Source: a virus
Virus record (IMG/VR): IMGVR_UViG_3300042402_002055
Coordinates: 32,001 to 96,000 of that record
Strand: one strand, 5' to 3'
Length of the DNA stretch: 64,000 bases
The notes below the pieces were generated by a model, which saw only the letters and a program-made list of their open reading frames with translations, ran no database searches and was not told the origin of the DNA. The translations under genes and the position numbers were made by a program. Of this stretch, positions 38,931 to 49,254 are shown piece after piece (position 1 is the first letter of the stretch; the number at the start of each line of letters is the position of its first letter).

Positions 38931-39559
38931 TGGTTCACATATACTATCACATATACGCAATTGATGGTGTTGAATCTATAATAGATGAACAATTAAGTTT
39001 AATCAAAAAACACTTTGATTTTCCTTACAAATTAAATGTAGGGATTTCTATTGCAGACGATAATACCTCAATAGATTATATCATTAACAAATTTGAAAAA
39101 ATTAGAGATGTAAGGTCTAAGGGTAATGAATTTGTTACATTGGATTTAATAGAAAAAGATAAAGAAAAATTTGGAGATTCCGATTATATTTTGTATATTC
39201 ATACCAAAGGTGCTTCAAAACAAAACTTAGAAAATGTAGTAAGTTGGAGACATCTTATGAATTATTTTAATATTGAAAAATATAAAAATATATTTAAAAT
39301 TTTTGAAAAAACAGATTATAATACATATGGAGTTTTATTGGGAAGTGCCGGAAAATGGAAATTATATTCAGGTAATTTTTGGTGGGCAAAGTCATCGTAT
39401 GTAAAAACAATAAAAATGGACGGAGTTAGGAAAAATAGATTTAATGCCGAAGTTGATTATATTCAAAACGGAGTAGATTGGAAACCATACTCATCATACA
39501 ATAGAGAGGGAGAAAATCATTATTCAATTTTATTTAAAAGAGAAGAATATGCAAAATAA
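38930..39559 (+). CDS. Glycan-synthesis-associated protein (YxHTKG / SGNFWW type)
   Basis: NEF.TL, ILYIHTKG, W...M.Y, YSGNFWWA...YV, R...E. Confidence 0.55.
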   Translation: MVHIYYHIYAIDGVESIIDEQLSLIKKHFDFPYKLNVGISIADDNTSIDYIINKFEKIRDVRSKGNEFVTLDLIEKDKEKFGDSDYILYIHTKGASKQNLENVVSWRHLMNYFNIEKYKNIFKIFEKTDYNTYGVLLGSAGKWKLYSGNFWWAKSSYVKTIKMDGVRKNRFNAEVDYIQNGVDWKPYSSYNREGENHYSILFKREEYAK

Positions 39560-40448
39560 AATAACATTTATATACGATTATAAAGACGGAGAAATTTGGT
39601 CAACTCCAATGGCTTTACTGAATGAGTTTAAAGAAAGAGGTTGGGAAACCGAAATAGTGCCAATACCAAATGGAGATGATTCTCAGTTACAATTATGGAT
39701 TCAACAAGATACACCAACTGACATTGTATTATTTATGGATTGGGGTAGAATTGATTCTAAATGGTTGGACAAATCATTAAAACCCAATGCATTTTGGATT
39801 CAGGAAAGTGGTGATGACCCACAAAACTTTGAAAGAAATTATCCTAAAGCAAATCGTTTTCATTACACAATTACACCGGATAAACAATCTGCAATTGAAT
39901 ATAGAAATAGAGGTATAAATGCAGAATGGGTAAATCACTTTGCAGATACCAAAGTTCAATTCCCAATGAATTTAGAACCCGAATATACTGCAGTCACTAC
40001 AAGAGGATTTGGTAATTCGGAATTTTTAGATTATATTACAAATTGGGCCGAAGGTGCAATAGGTAATAAAAATGGTTTAGGCCCAAAAGAACACACCGAA
40101 TTTTTGAACAAAGGATTGGTAGTTATTCAAAATAGTAGATGGGGAGAAATTACTCGTAGAATTTTTGAAGGTATGGCTTGTGGTAAATTGGTTATCACAG
40201 ATAGGTTACCGGAAAGTAGAGGATTGAATGAAGTATTTGTAGAAGGTGAAGAAATTATTTTATACAATGATATGTTTGATTGTATTGAAAAGATAAACTA
40301 TTATGCAGAAAATGAAGAAGAACGAGAAAAAATTGCACATAATGGAATGATAAAAGTATTACACAATTATACACAAATTCAAGTAGTAGACAAATTAATA
40401 AAAGAATATGAAAATTTTAATAACAGGAGTAGCAGGACTATTGGGTAG
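39549..40448 (+). CDS. GT-B glycosyltransferase (CgeB/Glyco_trans_1_2-like)
   Basis: DDPQ, RIFEGMACG....TD, ERE.IA.NG...V...YT. Confidence 0.8.
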   Translation: MQNKITFIYDYKDGEIWSTPMALLNEFKERGWETEIVPIPNGDDSQLQLWIQQDTPTDIVLFMDWGRIDSKWLDKSLKPNAFWIQESGDDPQNFERNYPKANRFHYTITPDKQSAIEYRNRGINAEWVNHFADTKVQFPMNLEPEYTAVTTRGFGNSEFLDYITNWAEGAIGNKNGLGPKEHTEFLNKGLVVIQNSRWGEITRRIFEGMACGKLVITDRLPESRGLNEVFVEGEEIILYNDMFDCIEKINYYAENEEEREKIAHNGMIKVLHNYTQIQVVDKLIKEYENFNNRSSRTIG

Positions 40449-41400
40449 TCGATTGGCCGATTGGATTATTGAAAATGTACCAGATGCAGAAGTCGTTGGT
40501 ATTGATGATTTAAGTGGTGGGTATAGAGAAAATGTAAATCCTAAAGTAATATTTTGGCAACAAAATTTAGTAGAACATCCAATTGAAAATGCATTTGATG
40601 TACATAGATTTGATTATGTATTTCATTTAGCTGCATATGCTGCAGAAGGATTATCACCATTTATCAGACAATATAATTACGAAAATAATTTAGTTGCAAC
40701 TGCAAGAATTATAAACAATTGTATAAAGTATAATGTAAAAAGATTAGTATTCACATCTACACTTGCCGTATATGGTTATGGTGATGGGGGTGTATTTGAT
40801 GAAATACAAATACCAAAACCAATTGACCCATATGGAGTTGCAAAGTATGCATGTGAGATGGATATTCAAATAGCAAATGAACAACATGGATTAGATTATT
40901 GTATCATTAGACCACACAATGTATATGGTAGAAATCAAAACATTTGGGACAAATATCGTAATGTGTTAGGTATCTGGATGTATCAACATATGATTAATGA
41001 ATCAATGACTATCTTTGGTGATGGAAACCAAACAAGAGCATTTAGTTGTATAGATGATATTGTAGAACCATTATGGAAGTCGGCAATTTTACCAGAAGCA
41101 TCTAAACAAATTATCAATTTAGGTGGAATAGAAGAGTGGTCTATTAATAATGCTAATGTAGTATTAAGAGAGGTGTTAGGAGGTGGAGAGGTAAAATATT
41201 TTGAAGGAAGACACGAAGTAAAACATTCAATTCCTACATTCCAAAAGTCGATAGACATATTAGGATTTGAACATAAAACTTCTTTGAAGGATGGTTTAAC
41301 TGATATGTGGAATTGGTCACAAGAACAACCAAAAAGAGAAAGATTTGTATGGCCATCATATGAGTTAGATAATGGAATTTATTCATTTTGGAAAAAATAA
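40408..41400 (+). CDS. NAD-dependent nucleotide-sugar epimerase/dehydratase
   Basis: ITGVAGLLG, HLAA, YGVAK, R.HNVYG, GDG.QTR.F. Confidence 0.92.
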   Translation: MKILITGVAGLLGSRLADWIIENVPDAEVVGIDDLSGGYRENVNPKVIFWQQNLVEHPIENAFDVHRFDYVFHLAAYAAEGLSPFIRQYNYENNLVATARIINNCIKYNVKRLVFTSTLAVYGYGDGGVFDEIQIPKPIDPYGVAKYACEMDIQIANEQHGLDYCIIRPHNVYGRNQNIWDKYRNVLGIWMYQHMINESMTIFGDGNQTRAFSCIDDIVEPLWKSAILPEASKQIINLGGIEEWSINNANVVLREVLGGGEVKYFEGRHEVKHSIPTFQKSIDILGFEHKTSLKDGLTDMWNWSQEQPKRERFVWPSYELDNGIYSFWKK

Positions 41401-41403
41401 AGT

Positions 41404-41976
41404 ATGATAGAATTTATTATACCAACATACAATAGACCACATCAATTATTAACAATAATTGGTTCTATACTTTCTCAAAATAATCCAAATTGGAAAATTC
41501 ATATAGTAGCAGATGCAAAATATAATGGATATGATGATATAAAAAGAATATTCTCAAATATAGATAAAATAAAGTTTAGTGAATTACAAGGGCCACATAA
41601 TGATTGGGGCCACACACCGAGACAATATGGGTTGGATAATGCAACAACGGAATGGGTAGTGATGTCAGGTGATGATAATTATTATACACCAAATTTTGTA
41701 AATGAATTTATTTCAAAAATAAATAATAATATAAATTTCATATATTGTGACATGATACATAATCATATCAATTATAAATATTTTAATTCAGAACCAATGA
41801 TAAATAAAATTGACATAGGAAATTTTGCAGTTAGAACTGAATATGCTAAACTTATTAAATTTAATAAAGGAAGTTATGGAGCCGATGGTGAATTTGTTGA
41901 AGAATATGTGGATAAATTTTGCAAAGAAAAAAATAACATTGAAAAAATAAATGCAGCATTATATGTCCACAACTAA
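41404..41976 (+). CDS. GT2 glycosyltransferase
   Basis: FIIPTYNR, RQYG, GDDNYY, ADG.F. Confidence 0.8.
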   Translation: MIEFIIPTYNRPHQLLTIIGSILSQNNPNWKIHIVADAKYNGYDDIKRIFSNIDKIKFSELQGPHNDWGHTPRQYGLDNATTEWVVMSGDDNYYTPNFVNEFISKINNNINFIYCDMIHNHINYKYFNSEPMINKIDIGNFAVRTEYAKLIKFNKGSYGADGEFVEEYVDKFCKEKNNIEKINAALYVHN

Positions 41977-42613
41977 ATTCTCAGTAGTAATTCCTACACT
42001 TTGGAAATCAGATAGAACAAAAAAACTACTTTCGGATTTAAACGAATGTGAGTATGTCGATGAAATAATCGTAATAGATAATGAATACGATGGTTATCAA
42101 GATACAAAAGTTGAAAAAATTAGATTTGTTTCATTGGGAGGAAACATTTATGTAAATCCTGCATGGAACAAAGGAATAGAATTGGCAAAGAATGAATGTA
42201 TTGCATTGATAAATGATGATATAAACTTTAATCCAAACATATTCGAAGTAATAAGTGAAGATATATTAAATCAGTTTGGTATTATTGGGATGGGTGAGGG
42301 TAATTATAAATCTGTAAACATAGAGGGTGACCCAATATTAGAAGTATGGCAACCTGGTGTAAATGATTGGGGATGGGGTTGTTTTATTATGTTAAATAAA
42401 AAAGATTGGATTGATATTCCTGATAATATTAAAATATGGTATGGTGATAATTTTATAAAAGATGTAAATCCATCACCAAAATCATGTTTAAGAAACTTTA
42501 AGGTAGAAACCGAAATGTCAACAACATCGGATGGTGATGAATGGAACGATAGAAAAAAAGAAGACCATATTAACTTTATAAATTATTTAAGAAATGGAAA
42601 AACTACCAATTAG
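41963..42613 (+). CDS. GT2 glycosyltransferase
   Basis: SVVIPT, IIVIDN, AWNKGI..AK, INDD, WYGD; start could be 41951. Confidence 0.8.
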   Translation: MSTTKFSVVIPTLWKSDRTKKLLSDLNECEYVDEIIVIDNEYDGYQDTKVEKIRFVSLGGNIYVNPAWNKGIELAKNECIALINDDINFNPNIFEVISEDILNQFGIIGMGEGNYKSVNIEGDPILEVWQPGVNDWGWGCFIMLNKKDWIDIPDNIKIWYGDNFIKDVNPSPKSCLRNFKVETEMSTTSDGDEWNDRKKEDHINFINYLRNGKTTN

Positions 42614-43334
42614 TATAGGAATATTATCCTGGCATAGTGGACAAGTATTAGTAGATACATTAACCACATATCATAACAATGGATTATTTGATATGGTAAA
42701 CGATGTCACTATCTTATTTCAGGAAGTAACTCCACAAGATATCCAAATTGCAACTCACTTTGGATTAGACTTTATAGGTTTACAAAAGAATATTGGAATA
42801 GGACAGGCATTTATTAGATTAACTGAAAATGCACAACAAGATTATGTTTTAGTATTAGAACATGATTGGAATTTGATTGAAGATAAACAAACTACATATG
42901 ATAGATTAAAAAGAAGTTATCAAGCAATCGAAATGGGATTGGATGTAGTTCGTTTAAGACATAGAGCAAATCCAGGTAATCCACATTTTTCATTTAGACA
43001 TAAAGGTAAAGAACTTACCTATTATGATGATGAAATCGGATGTCAATCTCCACACTTATTAGATTCATTACATTGGTTAGACCCATCGGTTGAATTTCCA
43101 GAATATATAAAGAAAACCGAAGATATGTTTTGGACAACATCTCGTTATGGTAATTGGACAAATAACCCTTGCTTATACAAAAAACAATTTTACTTAGATA
43201 CCGTTAAACCATTTGCAGGTGAGGGAATTGCATTGGAAGGGAATATTAGTAAATGGTGGGCCCAACAAGAATATAAAGTAGGACACAACGAAGGATTATT
43301 CATGCATAACGATTGGCAAAAATATGGTAAATAA
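42594..43334 (+). CDS. GT-A-fold glycosyltransferase-like protein
   Basis: NIGIG, YVLVLEHDW, VRLR, WTNNP. Confidence 0.6.
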   Translation: MEKLPISIGILSWHSGQVLVDTLTTYHNNGLFDMVNDVTILFQEVTPQDIQIATHFGLDFIGLQKNIGIGQAFIRLTENAQQDYVLVLEHDWNLIEDKQTTYDRLKRSYQAIEMGLDVVRLRHRANPGNPHFSFRHKGKELTYYDDEIGCQSPHLLDSLHWLDPSVEFPEYIKKTEDMFWTTSRYGNWTNNPCLYKKQFYLDTVKPFAGEGIALEGNISKWWAQQEYKVGHNEGLFMHNDWQKYGK

Positions 43335-44742
43335 TATAACTGCACATATGCAAGTTCATAGAAATGAAATTGCAGTAGAGGAATGTCTTCGAAGATTTCG
43401 TATACATTTTCCAATTACCCCCATCTATTTACATGGTGATAATGGGTATGATTTTTCCGATTTTGAAAATAAATTTAAATTAAAATATACACACTCAAAT
43501 ATAAATGTTTCACCGAAGGGATTGGGAAACGGTAACTGGCCTAAATATTTGGCAAGAATACTATTGACATGTCAAACATTTCCAAACGATTGGTTATTGT
43601 TTTTAGAGGAAGATGTCAACACATTACATGGTGACATAATATTTCCAACAAAAGACTCTGGTGGTGGAAATATGCATCCATATAAACTTAAATTTTATGA
43701 AACATTATTATCAAAATATCCTGATATGGATATAACTCATGTTGGGTACAATATGGGTGGTGGTAGTATTGTTAAAATGGATGCAATGGTTAAATCAATT
43801 GTATCGGTAATAACTAATCAGTATACGGATGAATATTTGAGTGAATTGGATGATAGAATAATAATACATGGTGATACTTTAATTTCTGCATTACTACATT
43901 TAAATGGATACTCCACTTCCGAATGGGAACAATTATCAGAAAAGGCAAGTAATATATTTAAACCGAATCCTGTATTTGACCATCAATGGAAGGAATTTTA
44001 CAACCAAACCGATTATAAAAATTATTTAAATTATAAAAATATGAAAAACAATAGAGAACATTTTGACAAGTATTTAGAAACAATTCAATCCGAATTATCC
44101 CATCCGGAAAAAATGGATATTAACCATATACTAAATGAAATTTTAAACTTAAATGTTTATAATAATGATTTTATATCAGTTAATGAGGGTGATATTGTAA
44201 TGGATATTGGTGTAAATTTCGGACTATTTAGTTTAGATGCTTTACAATATAATCCAAAAAAAATAATTGGATTCGAACCAAATCCAAGATTAATTCAATA
44301 TTTTAGTAAATTGAATCTACCCAATGTTGAATTATACCAAGCAGCTGTATCAAATAAAAATGGCAAAATTACCTTTTATGAGAATTCATTCCCTGGTAGG
44401 TCTTCACTACATGCTGAAAAGAGTCCTGATACAATTAAATCTTCATATGAAGTTGAGGTATATAATATAAATGATGTATTAAAATCACATAATAAAATAA
44501 ATTATTTAAAAGTAGATTGTGAGGGAGCGGAATATGAAATTTTTGAAGCAATGAATATGGATATTCTAAGTAAGAATATTGATAAAATTGCAATAGAATT
44601 TCATAATATACCAACTGATTTGAAAGTAGTAAACTTAATATCAAAAATTCAATCTGCGGGATTTGAAACTAAATTAGATTATGTTGAGGGAAGTGGTGAT
44701 ACTGGTATGTTGTATGCTAGAAAACAATACAAAATAGATTAA
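43324..44742 (+). CDS. Fusion of a GT-A-like domain and a FkbM-family methyltransferase
   Basis: N-terminal DNG.DF, LFLEEDV; C-terminal DIGVNFG, FEPN, LKVDCEGAE, IEFH. Confidence 0.75.
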   Translation: MVNNITAHMQVHRNEIAVEECLRRFRIHFPITPIYLHGDNGYDFSDFENKFKLKYTHSNINVSPKGLGNGNWPKYLARILLTCQTFPNDWLLFLEEDVNTLHGDIIFPTKDSGGGNMHPYKLKFYETLLSKYPDMDITHVGYNMGGGSIVKMDAMVKSIVSVITNQYTDEYLSELDDRIIIHGDTLISALLHLNGYSTSEWEQLSEKASNIFKPNPVFDHQWKEFYNQTDYKNYLNYKNMKNNREHFDKYLETIQSELSHPEKMDINHILNEILNLNVYNNDFISVNEGDIVMDIGVNFGLFSLDALQYNPKKIIGFEPNPRLIQYFSKLNLPNVELYQAAVSNKNGKITFYENSFPGRSSLHAEKSPDTIKSSYEVEVYNINDVLKSHNKINYLKVDCEGAEYEIFEAMNMDILSKNIDKIAIEFHNIPTDLKVVNLISKIQSAGFETKLDYVEGSGDTGMLYARKQYKID

Positions 44743-45498
44743 ATGAAAGATTTGGTTATATCGGCAATAGCAAACTATTTGCCAGAAAAGATTAAAATAT
44801 ATGTAGAATCACTAAACGATTGTGGATTTAGTGGTGATAAAATAATGATATGTTATAATATTCCAAATGAAACGATAGAATATCTTTCAGCAAAAGGTTG
44901 GGAATGTTATGGTGCAGAATTACAAGGACATCCTCATATGAAACGATTAGTTGATATGTGGTGGTTCTTACAAAATGATGAGAGAGAATGGAATCATATA
45001 ATTACAACCGATGTTAGAGATATAGTATGGCAAACAAATCCATCCAATTGGTTAGAACAAAATCTTAAAACGGAAATACTATGTGCTTCGGAGTGTGTGA
45101 CTTATGAAAACGAACCATGGGGTTATAAAAATATACACGAAGGATACGGCCCGATGTTTTGGGAATGGATAAAACCAAATGTAATAGGTAATGTTGGGGT
45201 GATTGCCGGAAAACATAAATCAGTAAAAGATTTATTAATGTTAAATTGGTTAGTATCACAATCAGGAGATACAAGACATTTTACCGACCAAAGTTCTTTC
45301 AATTTTATCATATCAAATAATTTAGTAAAAGATAAAGTTGATATTAATTCTGATTTTGCTTTACAAATTGGAACTACTACAAAGGATTTGAAAATAGAAA
45401 ATGATATAATTATGAATGGTGACATACCTTATGTATTAGTTCACCAATATGATAGAAACACAGAATTAAATAATTTAGTTATAAACAAATACAAATGA
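44743..45498 (+). CDS. Nucleotide-diphospho-sugar transferase-like protein
   Basis: TDVRD...Q.NP, N.GV.AG, DQ...N, HQYDR. Confidence 0.65.
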   Translation: MKDLVISAIANYLPEKIKIYVESLNDCGFSGDKIMICYNIPNETIEYLSAKGWECYGAELQGHPHMKRLVDMWWFLQNDEREWNHIITTDVRDIVWQTNPSNWLEQNLKTEILCASECVTYENEPWGYKNIHEGYGPMFWEWIKPNVIGNVGVIAGKHKSVKDLLMLNWLVSQSGDTRHFTDQSSFNFIISNNLVKDKVDINSDFALQIGTTTKDLKIENDIIMNGDIPYVLVHQYDRNTELNNLVINKYK

Positions 45499-46394
45499 AA
45501 AAAATAGTTATTACAACATTTATAATGCCAAATGAAATAGATGATTTGGAAAGAACTTTGGCGGATTTAAATAAAGCATCTAAATATGTTAGAGGTGAAA
45601 ATTATGAATTATATTTAGCTCTTACGGTATCTGACTTTTTGGTAGATTGGGAAAATTCAAAATTAGATAAACAATATTTTATTGATAGATTTAATTCACT
45701 AAAATCATTAACAGAGTGGGCAGGTAAAACTTCATTTCATATAAGAGAGGATATAATGGGTTGTACCTCATTGAGAAGGATTGCACACAATGAATGTACT
45801 GATGCAACTCATTTTATTTGGTTAGATACTGATATTGTATTTGATGATAAGATATTGTTTTATGTAGAAAATTCAATCGATGCAATAGAGTCCGAAAATA
45901 TTACAAAAAAATATGTTATTAGTCCAGAGTGCGTAAAGATTTGGGATACAACTTGGGATTGTTTGGTTAATGAAAATTTCTTAAATAAAGAGGTTGGATA
46001 TTGTAGAATCAACAACCCTTTCATAGATGCAGGACAACATGGTGAAATTGGTGTAGAAACTTTATTGAATGATGTCCCAGGACAACCTAGAATGAAATTT
46101 GGTGGAGGTTGGTTTAATTGTTTATCTAAAGAATTATTAGACAGAACACCACTTCCTGAATCAATGGGACACTATGGTCCAGATGATACATTTATTATGT
46201 GGGCATCGGAAAAACTAAATCAAAATGGTGAACAAATACATCAGTTTAAATTAAAAAACTATGTAGTTTGTGAAAACTATATTTATAGAGATAGAACTCA
46301 TTACGATAAACTAATAAAAAGAATAGACAGAAAGGAAGAATTTAGAAATCAAGCCAATGAATCATTCTCAATTGAAATAAATAATATAAAATGA
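45495..46394 (+). CDS. GT-A-fold glycosyltransferase-like protein
   Basis: FIWLDTDIVF, GGWF, HYGPDD. Confidence 0.6.
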   Translation: MKKIVITTFIMPNEIDDLERTLADLNKASKYVRGENYELYLALTVSDFLVDWENSKLDKQYFIDRFNSLKSLTEWAGKTSFHIREDIMGCTSLRRIAHNECTDATHFIWLDTDIVFDDKILFYVENSIDAIESENITKKYVISPECVKIWDTTWDCLVNENFLNKEVGYCRINNPFIDAGQHGEIGVETLLNDVPGQPRMKFGGGWFNCLSKELLDRTPLPESMGHYGPDDTFIMWASEKLNQNGEQIHQFKLKNYVVCENYIYRDRTHYDKLIKRIDRKEEFRNQANESFSIEINNIK

Positions 46395-47098
46395 CAATAG
46401 AACAATCTAAAGAAAAATTAAAAAAAGAAGGATATACTTGGTTTGAACTAAATGAATTTGATCCTGAATTTTATAATTGGTTATTACCTCTAAAATGCAA
46501 TAAAGAAAATAACTTAAAAAATAAGATTAAGGAATTAAGAATGGATATGGCCCGTAATCCAAAAATTCCAAACCATCAGATAAAAGAAATGTTTGAAACA
46601 CATGATTTAGCCTCAGAAAAGAAGAATTGGATAGTAAATGAATATAAACATATAACTAACTTTTCACAAATCTGGTATTATGGTGATTTAAATACAATGT
46701 TTAATCCAAATACATCAGAAGATGATTATAAAAATTATAAAAAATATGTTAAAAATATAGTAAACCATTTTTTTGATTTTGAAAAAAACCAACAATATTC
46801 AGATTTATCTTTTTGTACTTATTATGATGAAGATTGTCACTTACAAAACCATTCGGATGGAACCGGAACTGGTAGAGTATGTGCACTACTAATTTATTTA
46901 AATGAAACATACGATGAGAAGGATGGTGGTGTATTAGTTTTAAACAATACTGAAAAAGTAATTCCGACCTTTGGTAAAGTTGCAATGATAGATTTACAAA
47001 CATTTGATATACCACATATGGTAACAAAGGTAACTGGTGGAATTGGGAGATATGCAATCCTATCCTTTGTTAAGAAAACCCAGAATGAATTCAAATAA
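46391..47098 (+). CDS. 2OG-Fe(II) oxygenase (prolyl-hydroxylase-like)
   Basis: HSD, LIYLN.......GG.L, PH.V..V, R.A. Confidence 0.8.
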   Translation: MTIEQSKEKLKKEGYTWFELNEFDPEFYNWLLPLKCNKENNLKNKIKELRMDMARNPKIPNHQIKEMFETHDLASEKKNWIVNEYKHITNFSQIWYYGDLNTMFNPNTSEDDYKNYKKYVKNIVNHFFDFEKNQQYSDLSFCTYYDEDCHLQNHSDGTGTGRVCALLIYLNETYDEKDGGVLVLNNTEKVIPTFGKVAMIDLQTFDIPHMVTKVTGGIGRYAILSFVKKTQNEFK

Positions 47099-47753
47099 AA
47101 AACTTTATATTTTTGGTGACTCTTTTTCTACAAATTTTTCTACATGTCAAACGATAGAAAAAGAAAAAACATGGCCATATCTACTATCAAATAAATTAAA
47201 TTTAAAAATAGAAGACCATGCACATTCTGGAATATCAAATCAAGGAATGTTACAAATGATATATAGAAATTTAAATATAGATGATTGCGGAATGATAATA
47301 TTCGGATTAACTTTTTTTCATAGAATATATGATTTTTACAAAAATAGTGGTATTGATTTAAAAATAAGTGATACTGAATTATTAAAAAATGGTATTAACG
47401 ATTATGAAATTAATTATTACAGAAAAAAAATGTTAGATGAAGTTCAATATGATGAATCAATAAAACAACAACTTGAACAATTTCATTTTATATTTAGAAC
47501 ATTAAAATCAACAAATAAGCCGTTTTTCTTTTGGTCATTGGATAGGTCTAATATTTATTTTTATGAAAAATTAACTAAAGATTTTAAAAAAGAATTAATA
47601 AAATCACCAGTTGGTACGGATGACTGGTTTAAACCATTTATAGATGTAAATGTTGAATGGGGACAGATGAATAGTGATAAACATTTTGGAGAATATGGGC
47701 ATAATCAATTTTTTCAATATTTATATCAGTATATACAACCAAAATTAATATGA
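47085..47753 (+). CDS. SGNH-like hydrolase/acyltransferase paralog D
   Basis: IFGDSFS, TWP, A.SG.SN, DKHFG..GH; start placed at ATG 47085. Confidence 0.65.
   Translation: MNSNKKLYIFGDSFSTNFSTCQTIEKEKTWPYLLSNKLNLKIEDHAHSGISNQGMLQMIYRNLNIDDCGMIIFGLTFFHRIYDFYKNSGIDLKISDTELLKNGINDYEINYYRKKMLDEVQYDESIKQQLEQFHFIFRTLKSTNKPFFFWSLDRSNIYFYEKLTKDFKKELIKSPVGTDDWFKPFIDVNVEWGQMNSDKHFGEYGHNQFFQYLYQYIQPKLI
47717..47725 (+). promoter_or_regulatory. Putative late promoter motif ATATTTATA
   Basis: In the 3' end of the upstream gene, 24 nt before the ATG at 47750. Confidence 0.4.
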
Positions 47754-48124
47754 AATTTCAAGTAACACATCCTAAAATTTGGAATAAATTGGCAGAAAAG
47801 AATATTCCAATGAAACACAAAATCCAAATCTACGAAAAATTAGGTGGAGCATATCGTTTAGGAGAAGATGGTGGAGAACAGGTATTTAATAAAATGACTG
47901 AATTACTTAAATATAAAGTAAATGAAGGTCCAGAATCACAAGACCATGAAGTATCTATGGCAGGTGGTCAATTAGACGATATTATAAAAAACGCAACCGA
48001 ACTTAAAGGTAAAATTGGAGAACAAGAAATGAATCTACCAGGTTGGATTTCAGACCACATTTCACAGGCAATGCAATTTATTAACCAGGCAAATACTGGT
48101 TTTCACAAATTAGACGAAAAATAA
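47750..48124 (+). CDS. Putative internal head protein
   Basis: VNE/G site followed by the module DHEVSMA..QL......LPGWI..HI..A. Confidence 0.55.
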   Translation: MKFQVTHPKIWNKLAEKNIPMKHKIQIYEKLGGAYRLGEDGGEQVFNKMTELLKYKVNEGPESQDHEVSMAGGQLDDIIKNATELKGKIGEQEMNLPGWISDHISQAMQFINQANTGFHKLDEK

Positions 48125-48438
48125 TGGAAAATATTTATTCAGTATTAATTACGGCAATAACCGTATTAGGTGGAACAGGAGCTTGGAGATACTACGAAAA
48201 GAGAGCTTTAAATAAAGAAAGAGATGAGGAGTTTATCAGACACGATTGTAAAGATAGAATCTCTAAATTGGAAGGATTATTAGAAGCTGCATCAAAAGAG
48301 AAAGATGAACTTCGTAATATGGTATTGGCACTTACAAAAGAAGTAGCAGCATTGACTGTTAAAGTAGAATTTCTTACAAAAGAAAACGATAAGTTAGAAA
48401 AGGCTCTACCAAAAACAAAGAGACAATTAAATGGGTAA
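48124..48438 (+). CDS. Membrane-anchored coiled-coil protein (holin/antiholin-like architecture)
   Basis: N-terminal hydrophobic helix (IYSVLITAITVLGGTGAW) followed by a coiled coil. Confidence 0.55.
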   Translation: MENIYSVLITAITVLGGTGAWRYYEKRALNKERDEEFIRHDCKDRISKLEGLLEAASKEKDELRNMVLALTKEVAALTVKVEFLTKENDKLEKALPKTKRQLNG

Positions 48439-49252
48439 AAACGGATTCATAGAAGGAATGTGGAATGGTTTAAAAGTTGAATTTGGAAAAGTATATTCAA
48501 ATTTAAATGCATTTGCATTCAATCCATTACATGAAGCTGGTGAACCTACTGGTAAAAAACTTAGAGTATTTGATTTTGACGATACATTGGTTCAAACAAA
48601 ATCATTCATATACATTACACATAAAGACGGAAAGAAGTCAAAATTAAACCCAGGTGAATACGCAGTATATGAACCAAAAGAAGGTGACGAATTTGACTTT
48701 AGTGATTTCCAAAAAGTAACAGACCCACAAGAAATTAAGGGAGTTACTAACTTACTTAAAAGAATAGTAAACGCATCAGGTGAAAGAACAGTTGCAATAT
48801 TAACTGCAAGAAGTGCATACAAACCTGTTAAAGATTATTTACAAGATATTGGATTGGAGGGAATATATGTTGCTGCATTAGGTAGTTCTGACCCACAAGA
48901 TAAAGCAGATTGGATTGAAGAAAAGATTAAAAAAGGATTTAATGATGTATTTTTTATAGATGACTCACACAAAAATGTAAGTGCAGTAAAAAAACTAAAA
49001 GAAAAATATCCGAATATAAAGATGAGTGTTCAACATGTAAAACATGATGTTCCAAAACCACCTAAAAACTCAAAAATGAAAAAGGACGAAAAACCAAACG
49101 ATATGAGTTTGAAATCGTTATTACCAAAGAATTTAAATCAAACAATCAAAAACCCAGATACAGGTAGAACGATTAAAGTTAAATCTGCATTAGGATATGA
49201 TAAACAATCTAAAGTATTTAAAGCAGCACAGAATTTAGTTAAAAAGAAATAG
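48431..49252 (+). CDS. HAD-superfamily phosphatase with putative virion-packaging modules
   Basis: VFDFDDTL, ILTAR, K, FIDD; N-terminal PLHE/A and C-terminal MSLKSLLPK..KNPDTGRTIKVKSAL module. Confidence 0.75.
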   Translation: MGKNGFIEGMWNGLKVEFGKVYSNLNAFAFNPLHEAGEPTGKKLRVFDFDDTLVQTKSFIYITHKDGKKSKLNPGEYAVYEPKEGDEFDFSDFQKVTDPQEIKGVTNLLKRIVNASGERTVAILTARSAYKPVKDYLQDIGLEGIYVAALGSSDPQDKADWIEEKIKKGFNDVFFIDDSHKNVSAVKKLKEKYPNIKMSVQHVKHDVPKPPKNSKMKKDEKPNDMSLKSLLPKNLNQTIKNPDTGRTIKVKSALGYDKQSKVFKAAQNLVKKK

Positions 49253-49254
49253 TT

